A DNA stretch of 32,000 bases, taken from NCBI RefSeq assembly GCF_001017655.1, contig NZ_CP010904.1:1620001-1652000 (forward strand), given 5' to 3'. The notes beneath the pieces were generated by a model, which was not told where the DNA came from, ran no database searches, and was given only the letters and a program-made list of their open reading frames with translations. This stretch comes from Kiritimatiella glycovorans. Lineage in GTDB: Bacteria > Verrucomicrobiota > Kiritimatiellia > Kiritimatiellales > Kiritimatiellaceae. This document shows positions 1 to 7,428 of this stretch, one piece after another. The position numbers were made by a program, and so were the translations under genes. Every line of letters begins with the position of its first letter. Position 1 is the first letter of the stretch.

Positions 1-257
1 GCGCCGCTGGTTCGTCCCCGGATCATGACCCCGCCCTGAGGTCCGGTCTGTCTGACGACCTCCCTGATGCGTTCCCCGTAGGGATCGACCGACCAGTAGG
101 GCACCCGGGCCGTCACCTCCGCACCGTGGACGGGCCGCTCTTCCGGATCGACGACTTTGAGGGCGATGCGCGCGTCGAAATTATCCGCGCCGCCCTGTCC
201 GGCCGACACGCTCGCGGCCAGCCCCAGCAGCAACACCATATACTTTACTCGCAACAT
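1..257 (-). CDS. N-terminal fragment of a secreted protein that runs off the window edge; signal peptide followed by a beta-sandwich (carboxypeptidase-regulatory-like) looking segment
   Basis: The ATG at 257-255 lies just downstream of the stop of the preceding minus-strand gene. My translation is MLRVKYMVLLLGLAASVSAGQGGADNFDARIALKVVDPEERPVHGAEVTARVPYW..., which has a hydrophobic signal peptide. The frame stays open to position 1. It is absent from the ORF track because it is edge-truncated. Confidence 0.45.
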   Translation of the reverse strand, partial: MLRVKYMVLLLGLAASVSAGQGGADNFDARIALKVVDPEERPVHGAEVTARVPYWSVDPYGERIREVVRQTGPQGGVMIRGRTSG

Positions 258-263
258 GGCGAT

Positions 264-2936
264 TTACTCCTCCATCGGCGTGAACGACAGCACGCGAATA
301 CGGTGCCGTCCGCCGTCAAATCCTGCGTCCCCGGGATAAAGGACCTCATCGTCTTCGCCGGTGACATAGGGATCGCGCCAGACCACCGCCACGGCGCGCG
401 CTTCAGCCGCCACCAGGCTTTCATCCTCCCTCGACTGCGCCGCCAGAAAGATCGTGAAAAGCTGCTGGCGAACCGTGAACAGGCGCAGGCTGCGCATCAC
501 GATCTCCTCGGCCTCGAACTTGTTGTCGACCCCCAGCGCGTCCGCCCAGTCCTCCCGGCTCGCGGACCGCCAGACGTCCACCAGCCGCGCGTACCCTCCG
601 GCGGGGCGTTGGTTCAGGATAAGCTCGGCGGCCTCGAATGCGGAGGCGGGTGAGAGGGGCTGCGTCGACGACTCCGGATCGCCGGACATATCGGTGTTGG
701 CGGCCAGGAAGCCCGCGGCGATCACCTCGGGATACGGGCTGTTGATATTGATCCGGCCCCTGGTCGAGGGCATCCGGTTGGTGATCTGGAAATAGCGCCC
801 GACGTCCACCGCCTCCGGCCCCAGCAGCGGGATGCTCGTCCAGTGCCGCCGGTTGCTGTAGGGCTGGCGACCGATGTGCGAGAGCGAGTCGAGCACGGGA
901 TAGCCCGGATCCTCATCGATCTCCGGGTAGTAGAGCAGGTGCGTGCCGTCGGAGTCCGGCGACTGGTTGACGTCCGTGCCGCCGTGCCCGGGATGCGCCC
1001 GGTAGTCGTAGTTCCCGGGCAGGGTGCCGGGTTCCAGCGTCCCGCCATTCGGATAAAACGTCACGATATCGCCATTGTCCAGCTCCGGCACATAATGGTC
1101 GTCGGACCGTTCCCCGCCCCACATCAGGCGCGGGTCATTGGCGACGAACAGGCGTTCATAGCTGTCCTGTCCCTCGTCCCAGACCGCGCGCTCCCGGTGA
1201 CGCGTATGATACTCGAAGTAGTGCATGCCGGCCTTATATTCATAGCCCGAAAGTTCGAAGGCGCGGAGTACGCGGGGGTGAATCACGACCTTGTTGTCGC
1301 GCGAAAAGGTCACGTTGTACTCGTAATCGATACGAACCACCTCGCCCGGCTCCATGGAATCGGAACCGCCGAGCGCCTCGGGGAATGTGGGCGCGCGGCA
1401 GGAATTCTGTATCCAGCGGTAGATCCTGTCCGTCTCAGGCTGGGCCTCATGAGGACTCACGACACCCTCGTCATGCCATCCGGGATCCCCGCTCGACTGC
1501 CAGCGGAAGGTTACACTGACTTCGTTCGTATTCCCCGAGACCGAACCCGTATTCGGATCCGTCGTCTCGTAATAGAGGTTCCCGGGGTCAATGCGCAGAT
1601 AGGGATAGAGTTCCTCCACGTCAATGGCGCGCTGAAACGGATTCACATATTCGACCGTGGCACGCAGCTGCACCTCCGTATCGGAGATCACGCCGTTGGT
1701 GGTCATTACGGGGTGTGCCCAGGTGCGGACCTGCGTGGGGTACGGCACCGGCTGGAGATAGGGCCACTTGCGCAGGTAGTGCCACTGGTCATGCCGACTG
1801 GCCACGTAATCCGTATGAAAATACGTGGTGTCGACTTCCGCATTATGATAACTCGGCACCGCGTTTTCGATGCCGCGCCCGGCATTGTACATGGCGAGGA
1901 AATCGACCATCATCCGACTGGTCTGCTCCAGCGTCTCGAAGTCGTATTCCGGCTCGATCGGAATCTCCGGACGGGTCCCGCTGAGTTCGTACGCGCCTGA
2001 CTCGTCGAGCATCCGCTCCCAGTAGACGCGGGCCGTGTGCGGTAGATTCACCATTTCGAGATTCTGATACCGGGAAGAATCCATGAACGGGAGGACCAGG
2101 CCCTCGCGGTGCGCATCCACCCAGTCCGGGATCCCGTTATTATTCCACGACGCCTGCCGCGGCCATTCCGCCGGCCGTCCGCGGCCGTCGATGTAGCGAT
2201 ACACGCCGTCGTCGGTCTGATCCAGCACAACCGGGATCGTGTTGGTGTCCGACGGTGCGCAGGAAAACGGGAACAGGAAGTCCGGCACGGCCTTCCCGTT
2301 CCGGTCCTCGGACTCGAGTCCCGCGTAGACCGTATCCAGCTCCGTCTGGGTATAGAGATGTTTCCACTGCTCGACGCGGTCTCTGAAGGCCAGCAGCGCG
2401 GGCTCGCCGGCAAAGTCGAAGAGCGGATCCGCTCCCGCGGGCGGGGTGATTTCATCGACCGACAGGCCGCTGCGGCGGCTCCGCCGGGCGACTGCGTTGG
2501 CGTCCAGAAAGCCCGAGCAGTTGACGGCCAGCCAGGCGCAGCGGTTATCGTCCGGGAAATCCACCCACCCGTCGTCATCCGGAAGTTTGTCGTGCAGGAT
2601 GCCGGGCAGATAGTCCAGCACGTCATCGCCGAAGATTTCCTCACCCGCGCCCGAGGACCAGGCCAGGTGACCCGGGTAGACCTCCCCGGCTCCGGTATCG
2701 TCTCCGATCTGTCGAAGCGCGCGGACGAGTCCCGCATAGAGGAGCTGATCGGCGCGGGTCTTTTCCATGATCGTGCGGTTCACCAGCCGGTCCGTACGCA
2801 TACTCACCGCGAAGCCCACGACCAGCAGGATCAGCATCGAGAGCATCCCCAGCACGATCACGAGCGCGACGCCGCGGCGCGGGTCTTCCCGATCCGCCTC
2901 CGCACGGTTCACACGCCTGGTTCCGGAATGGATCAT
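264..2936 (-). CDS. Very large GspK-like minor pseudopilin / type II secretion-related exported protein (about 890 aa)
   Basis: The likely start is ATG 2936 (MIHSGTRRVN...), which overlaps the upstream stop as ATGA. The N-terminal segment RRGVALVIVLGMLSMLILLVVGFA matches the GspK/pseudopilin hydrophobic helix. The C-terminal LFTIFLAAQS...AEARAVAVVWRD resembles the GspK C-terminal pattern. The protein is far longer than classical GspK, so the family call is tentative. Confidence 0.5.
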   Translation of the reverse strand: MIHSGTRRVNRAEADREDPRRGVALVIVLGMLSMLILLVVGFAVSMRTDRLVNRTIMEKTRADQLLYAGLVRALRQIGDDTGAGEVYPGHLAWSSGAGEEIFGDDVLDYLPGILHDKLPDDDGWVDFPDDNRCAWLAVNCSGFLDANAVARRSRRSGLSVDEITPPAGADPLFDFAGEPALLAFRDRVEQWKHLYTQTELDTVYAGLESEDRNGKAVPDFLFPFSCAPSDTNTIPVVLDQTDDGVYRYIDGRGRPAEWPRQASWNNNGIPDWVDAHREGLVLPFMDSSRYQNLEMVNLPHTARVYWERMLDESGAYELSGTRPEIPIEPEYDFETLEQTSRMMVDFLAMYNAGRGIENAVPSYHNAEVDTTYFHTDYVASRHDQWHYLRKWPYLQPVPYPTQVRTWAHPVMTTNGVISDTEVQLRATVEYVNPFQRAIDVEELYPYLRIDPGNLYYETTDPNTGSVSGNTNEVSVTFRWQSSGDPGWHDEGVVSPHEAQPETDRIYRWIQNSCRAPTFPEALGGSDSMEPGEVVRIDYEYNVTFSRDNKVVIHPRVLRAFELSGYEYKAGMHYFEYHTRHRERAVWDEGQDSYERLFVANDPRLMWGGERSDDHYVPELDNGDIVTFYPNGGTLEPGTLPGNYDYRAHPGHGGTDVNQSPDSDGTHLLYYPEIDEDPGYPVLDSLSHIGRQPYSNRRHWTSIPLLGPEAVDVGRYFQITNRMPSTRGRININSPYPEVIAAGFLAANTDMSGDPESSTQPLSPASAFEAAELILNQRPAGGYARLVDVWRSASREDWADALGVDNKFEAEEIVMRSLRLFTVRQQLFTIFLAAQSREDESLVAAEARAVAVVWRDPYVTGEDDEVLYPGDAGFDGGRHRIRVLSFTPMEE

Positions 2937-4642
2937 AACCCGTTTTTCCCTCCTCGCGCTTCGCCCGGGAAGCTGTCGATCAGTTCCCGCCACTTCCGCT
3001 GATTCCACCACGCGGGCGGGGGCAGTTCTCCGGCACGCTGCGCGGCGACGGCCCTCAGCCTCTGCACCGTTTCCGGATACCGATCCGCGACATTGTGCCG
3101 CTCCAGATCATCCTCTGCCCGGTAGAGCGCCAGCCGCGCGGGGCGTCCTTCGGGGAGGTCGGTGTACAGGCCCGGATCCACGGCCCCGGTGAACCGCAGG
3201 ACCCAGCGGTCCGTAACCACCGTCCACGACCCCGGTTCATGCGCACGCATGGTCTGAAAGTTCACCGCCGTTTCGCGCAGAAATCCCCAGCTCCGCGAGT
3301 GGAGACCGAACCAGACGAGGTGATCGTGCGGTCCTTCCTCCGCCCCCCCGATGAGCGGAAGCAGTGACCGCCCGTCGAGATCCTCCGGGGCCTCGATCCC
3401 TGCGGCAGCCATTGCGGTAGGCATGATGTCGAGCAGCGACACCGGCGCGTCCGTGACGCGCCCGGCCCCTGTCGCCGCCGGCCAGTGCATCACGAGCGGC
3501 ACGCGCGTCCCGCCCAGAGTGTACTGCCCCTTGTGTCCCCGGTGCGGCGCGTTCCCGGGCAGCGTGCTTTCGCGCGAGACCGACCCGCCGTTGTCGGAGG
3601 TGAAGACGAGCAGGGTGTTCTCAAGCATTTCGCGGGATCTCAGGGCGTCGACCACCCTCCGGATGCCCCGGTCTACCGCGTACACGTGACCGTAGAAGTT
3701 CCTGAGAAGCCCGGGCATCTCCGCGAACGGCTCCATATAGCGGTCCGGGGGATTGGGGAAGAGCGGCCCGTGAACGGCATGATAGTGGAGATTGAGCAGA
3801 AAGGGTTTGTCCTCCCGCTGCGCGCGGTCGATGAAGGCGACCGCGCGGTCGGTGAACGTCTCCGTGTTATAGCCCCGCTGCACCCCGGCGTGCTCGAACC
3901 CGTCCCACACGTTCTGTTCGTCGTACCATCGGGACTGGTGGTAGTTGTAGCCGTAATAGACATCGAATCCGTTGTTCAGCGGATGCAATTTATCGGGAAC
4001 GGATCCGAAATATCCGGTGGCCTCCAGCTCGCGCCAGGCCTCGCCCTCCCGGTCGAGCCCGTATGGATTCGTATCGGGGGCAAGCCCGTGCCTCTCATAA
4101 ACGGGCCGCGCCAGGTCGTCGTCGAGCGGCCCGAGATGCCACTTGCCGATATGGCCGGTCAGGTACCCCGCCTCGCGGAAGCGCGGCGCGAGGATGCGGT
4201 CGGGATCAAGCGCACCCTCCCGGGTCACATCGCCGTTCGAGTAGACGCCGAAACGATTGGGATGCAGGCCCGTTGCGAATCCGCAGCGCGAGGGCGCGCA
4301 GAGCGCGCTCGAGGAAAACGCCCGCGTGAAAAGAATTCCGTCCGAGGCCAGTCCGCTCATGACGGGCATCGCCCTGCGCGCCGCCTCGAGGGCCGTGTCG
4401 TTCCCGTACTGCCCGTTTTTCATGCCCCGGACGTACTCGACAAAAGCGGGGTCGTAATCCTCCTCTTTTATACGCTGTGCCAGCGGCGCGAACTGCCCCA
4501 CACCGAAATCGTCCATCATGATCACGAGCACGTTGGGCCGGCAGTCCGCACGCCGGGCGCCGGGCGCCCCGAGGACACACACGGCGACCAGCAGCAGCGA
4601 AACAAGGCATATTCGAACACGATCCCGAACGGTCACATTCAT
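2933..4642 (-). CDS. Formylglycine-dependent sulfatase (arylsulfatase family), secreted
   Basis: The sequence VLVIMMDDFGVGQF ... SSALCAPSRCGFATGLHPNRFG contains the C-x-P-x-R (CAPSR) sulfatase signature. A signal peptide follows MNVTVRDRVRICLVSLLLVAVCVLGAPG. I chose the start at ATG 4642, which has GAGAGAGGA about 9 nt upstream, rather than the ORF-track start 4711. Confidence 0.9.
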   Translation of the reverse strand: MNVTVRDRVRICLVSLLLVAVCVLGAPGARRADCRPNVLVIMMDDFGVGQFAPLAQRIKEEDYDPAFVEYVRGMKNGQYGNDTALEAARRAMPVMSGLASDGILFTRAFSSSALCAPSRCGFATGLHPNRFGVYSNGDVTREGALDPDRILAPRFREAGYLTGHIGKWHLGPLDDDLARPVYERHGLAPDTNPYGLDREGEAWRELEATGYFGSVPDKLHPLNNGFDVYYGYNYHQSRWYDEQNVWDGFEHAGVQRGYNTETFTDRAVAFIDRAQREDKPFLLNLHYHAVHGPLFPNPPDRYMEPFAEMPGLLRNFYGHVYAVDRGIRRVVDALRSREMLENTLLVFTSDNGGSVSRESTLPGNAPHRGHKGQYTLGGTRVPLVMHWPAATGAGRVTDAPVSLLDIMPTAMAAAGIEAPEDLDGRSLLPLIGGAEEGPHDHLVWFGLHSRSWGFLRETAVNFQTMRAHEPGSWTVVTDRWVLRFTGAVDPGLYTDLPEGRPARLALYRAEDDLERHNVADRYPETVQRLRAVAAQRAGELPPPAWWNQRKWRELIDSFPGEARGGKNGL

Positions 4643-4734
4643 ACGGACTGATCCTCTCTCACTCCCGCTTCCCACTTCCTGCCTCTTATGCTTTACCATG
4701 CAGCTCATCATGTCAATGAGACATGCAAATTTTT

Positions 4735-6158
4735 GGACTTACCCCAGTTTTCAGCCGAACCCCGGAAACCACGTTTGCGGGAAGCTTGAGACAGGAGGCG
4801 AACGGGGATGCGGGCTGCGCGATGCGCCGATGCGGGAGAGAAGAGCGGCGATGCCATCGGCGAGCGCGTAATAGTGGAACTCTGCGATACCGAAGAAGCG
4901 TTTTGAGGCCTTGATGGCATAGGCCGAGAGAACGGCCCGTTTTACCGAGCTGCCCAGCCAGACCGCCGAGAAGTAGATCGCGGCAAGCACGAGCGCCATC
5001 ATGTTCTGGAGGCGCTGGTACGAGAGGACGCGGACGTCTTCGAGCTTGTAGCTCTGCTTGATAAAGCGGAGGGCGTCTTCTACGAGCCAGCGTGAAATAT
5101 AGCCCTCAACGATGAACCATATCGACTTGCGGCTCTTCGTCACCTCTTCGGTGGTCAGCAGCATCATGGGCTTCCGGCCAAAGCCTTTGACCACGATCAG
5201 GTAAAGCCAGGGTTTCTTCCCCGGCATCCTGACTCGCCGGAAACCGTACTCGATCTGATAAGTCTTCTCGCCTTCGCGAGTCTCTTTGACGAGCTGATCG
5301 CGATAGAGCATGGGGCAACTCTCCGCCAGATCCAGGGCCCGGCTGTTCTTGCCGCGATAGCGCAGATGGCGGCTGCCCGTCAGCCTGATGATAAATCGCC
5401 AATGATTACGGAGAAGGTGGTTATAGATCTTGCAGCGGTCGCCGCCGCGGTCGATCACGTAGATGCCTCGTCTAGAGACCGCCCGGCTGATCATGTTGAT
5501 GATCTCCCGCAACTGGTGGTTCTCACTGATAAAGTCCGGAGCTTCGGCCGACCACAGGCGATGATGCAGCGGCAGCATGCGGCGCTTGCCCACTTCACAG
5601 GCCACGGCCAGGCAGCTCCAGTACCCGTTGACGATCTGCCCCGTGCTGCCGTCACGCACCCGGCCAAGAAAGGGCATCGCTTCGGCGTAGTTCTTCCGGA
5701 TATCACTCGGGTCCAGAATGATCAGCGTGTCTTTGTGTATCTTGCGCGAGGCGGAGGATGCGATCTCTTTGTTGATCGCCTGATCCATACCCGGGGCGTT
5801 CAGGTGGCGAGACAACCGCTCCTCGGTCTTCTTTAATTGGACCGGCTCATCAAGCTTACGCGATAGGGTGCTCAGCTTCACATCCTTGCCCGCCAGCAGC
5901 CCGAAGATCATTTGCTCTATGAACCGCTGTTTCGGTTTCGAAAAGTGGGGATAAAATATCCCCATAAATTTCCCGATCTGGTCTCGGATTTTCAGCGCGC
6001 TTCGGGTACGATCCATGACGGTCTCCTTGTGTTTGTTTTGTCACCTCCATCTTTTGATGGTGTCACTTGGAGACCACGCTATTCCACTTCTATTTTGCCT
6101 CTTTTGCCGTCCTGCAGGGGCGTTCCCTCAATTCCCTGCGAAAAACCGGGGATAGTCC
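4735..6158 (-). mobile_element. IS4-family insertion sequence (about 1.4 kb, single transposase ORF)
   Basis: There are imperfect terminal inverted repeats: GGACTTACCCCAGTTTTCAGC at 4735-4755 against the reverse complement of 6136-6158, GGACTATCCCCGGTTTTTCGCAG. The transposase ORF ends inside the left repeat. GC is visibly lower than in the flanks. I found no flanking direct repeat, so the exact ends are uncertain. Confidence 0.6.
4751..6016 (-). CDS. DDE transposase, IS4 family
   Basis: Candidate catalytic residues sit in IILDPSD, VIDRGGD and an exact Y-(2)-R-(3)-E-(6)-K signature within GYISRWLVEDALRFIK. An AAGGAGA Shine-Dalgarno lies 5 nt before the ATG at 6016. Confidence 0.9.
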   Translation of the reverse strand: MDRTRSALKIRDQIGKFMGIFYPHFSKPKQRFIEQMIFGLLAGKDVKLSTLSRKLDEPVQLKKTEERLSRHLNAPGMDQAINKEIASSASRKIHKDTLIILDPSDIRKNYAEAMPFLGRVRDGSTGQIVNGYWSCLAVACEVGKRRMLPLHHRLWSAEAPDFISENHQLREIINMISRAVSRRGIYVIDRGGDRCKIYNHLLRNHWRFIIRLTGSRHLRYRGKNSRALDLAESCPMLYRDQLVKETREGEKTYQIEYGFRRVRMPGKKPWLYLIVVKGFGRKPMMLLTTEEVTKSRKSIWFIVEGYISRWLVEDALRFIKQSYKLEDVRVLSYQRLQNMMALVLAAIYFSAVWLGSSVKRAVLSAYAIKASKRFFGIAEFHYYALADGIAALLSRIGASRSPHPRSPPVSSFPQTWFPGFG

Positions 6159-6175
6159 TGATCCCCCCCATCTTC

Positions 6176-6319
6176 CAGCAGTTCTCATTATGGCCGCATT
6201 CCGACCGCGGACGGCGTGGCAGCCGTCCCTCCCGAGTCGATATCCGACGCCTTTTCGGGCATTGGGAGGGTCGGGTGCCACCCCGACCGAAAAGGGTGAA
6301 GCCATAATGAGAATCGCTG
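6176..6319 (+). mobile_element. MITE copy 1 (144 bp) with terminal inverted repeats and a 9-bp target-site duplication
   Basis: The ends are CAGCAGTTCTCATTATGGC and GCCATAATGAGAATCGCTG, which match as inverted repeats at 17 of 19 positions. The element is flanked by identical cccatcttc at 6167-6175 and 6320-6328. Its interior holds two inverted hairpin modules. Confidence 0.85.
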
Positions 6320-6378
6320 CCCATCTTCCATTTGAGTCAGAAACCGGTTCTTCGCAGTTTTTTGTGGTGGAGCCGTTC

Positions 6379-6690
6379 GGGGAAGAGGCGGGATGGGGAT
6401 TCACCACAGCGGTCACAGAGGATGCCGGGGTCGGGATGGGAGACGACAACCGTTCGTAGTAGCGCCGCAAGCCTGCCCCCGGCAGGCCAGGCGCGTGAAG
6501 ATCACGGCCCTGGCCCTGCTTCGCAGGCCTGCGGGCCTACTACGAACGTAAGAGAGCGCGCACGATCTCTTTGCCTGTGCTCTTCTCATTTATCTTTTGG
6601 GATCGCGCCTTCGGCGCGCCGAGTACGCGTACGAGTACGATGTGACGCGAGCGGACTTGCCGCCGCTCACCATAAAAATTTACGAAGAAC
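6379..6690. repeat. Composite GC-rich dispersed repeat, copy A (homologous blocks recur at 30918-31423)
   Basis: Four blocks are shared with copy B. First, gggaagaggcgggatggggattcaccacag. Second, acggccctgGccctgcttcgcaggcctgcgggccta..tacga.cgtaagagag..cgcacgatctctttgcct...gatcgcgccttcggcg, which is roughly 88 percent identical by eye over about 110 bp. Third, ccgagtacg.gtacga. Fourth, ccataaaaatttacgaagaac. Confidence 0.6.
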
Positions 6691-6758
6691 TGGGAACCTG
6701 AGTAAGAGGGAGTGGGAGACCTATGTCCCACGACGTCCCACTTTCCCGTAAATAGGTC

Positions 6759-6787
6759 TTGTGCCCGGCCACCTCATATCCTATAAA
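6759..6787 (+). promoter_or_regulatory. Candidate sigma-70 promoter of rpmI-rplT
   Basis: TTGTGC (6759-6764), a 17-nt spacer, then TATAAA (6782-6787), about 40 nt upstream of the rpmI ATG. Confidence 0.4.
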
Positions 6788-6828
6788 GCGCGTTTCGCTC
6801 AAAATTCGCGCACCCGCAGGGGGGGATC

Positions 6829-7026
6829 ATGCCCAAGCAGAAAACGAAGAAGGCGGTGGCCAAGCGGTTCAAGAAGACCGGCACCGGCAAGCTCAAGCAC
6901 GCTCACATGGGCGGCAGCCACATTCTCACCAACAAGAACCGCAAGCGCAAACGCCGCCTGAGCGGGTCGGAGATCGTGGCCAAGCCTTATCACAAGCGGC
7001 TTTCCAGGCAGATCCCTTACAGCTGA
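6829..7026 (+). CDS. rpmI: 50S ribosomal protein L35
   Basis: MPKQKTKKAVAKRFKKTGTGKLKHAHMGGSHILTNKNRKRKRRL... is a typical L35 sequence in length and composition. Confidence 0.95.
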   Translation: MPKQKTKKAVAKRFKKTGTGKLKHAHMGGSHILTNKNRKRKRRLSGSEIVAKPYHKRLSRQIPYS

Positions 7027-7049
7027 ACCGTTCCGCAAGGAGTTCCGTC

Positions 7050-7412
7050 ATGCCCAGATCAAGTAACGCCCCCGCATCCCGTAAGCGCCGCAAGCGCAAG
7101 CTGAAAGACGCACGCGGGTTCCGGGGTTCACGCAGCAAACTCTACCGCCAGGCCACGGAGAACGTGGACTACGCGCTCGCGTTCAACTACGTGGGCCGGA
7201 AGCAGAAGAAGCGCCAGTTCCGGCGACTGTGGATCAGCCGCCTGAGCGCGGCCTGCGGCAACGAGGGCATTTCCTATCACCGTTTCATGGAAGGCCTGCG
7301 CAAGGCCGGCATTGAGTTGAACCGCAAGATGCTCTCCGAGATTGCGATCCACGATCAGGAAGGATTCCGCGCGATCGTGGGCCGGGCGAACGCCGCCCTG
7401 GAGAATTCCTGA
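7050..7412 (+). CDS. rplT: 50S ribosomal protein L20
   Basis: An internal ATG at 7050 with AAGGA 9 nt upstream gives MPRSSNAPASRKRRKRKLKDARGFRGSRSKLYRQATE...RRLWISRLSAACGNEGISYHRFMEGLRKAGIELNRKMLSEIA, a classic L20. The longer 217-aa ORF-track version overlaps rpmI and is rejected. Confidence 0.95.
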   Translation: MPRSSNAPASRKRRKRKLKDARGFRGSRSKLYRQATENVDYALAFNYVGRKQKKRQFRRLWISRLSAACGNEGISYHRFMEGLRKAGIELNRKMLSEIAIHDQEGFRAIVGRANAALENS

Positions 7413-7428
7413 AGAGCGGGCCGCCGGA

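Noticed and set aside
4735-6319. Idea that the MITE at 6176-6319 is a deletion derivative of the adjacent IS4-family element.
   Set aside because: The terminal repeats are unrelated (CAGCAGTTCTCATTATGGC versus GGACTTACCCCAGTTTTCAGC). The MITE also has its own clean 9-bp duplication 8 bp beyond the IS end.
6067-6751. Small ORFs inside the repeat regions: 6067-6459, 6090-6470, 6332-6751, and also 30922-31149, 31144-31359 and 31243-31503.
   Set aside because: They overlap one another in different frames and coincide with MITE or dispersed-repeat sequence. They lack ribosome-binding sites and have repeat-derived low-complexity translations.
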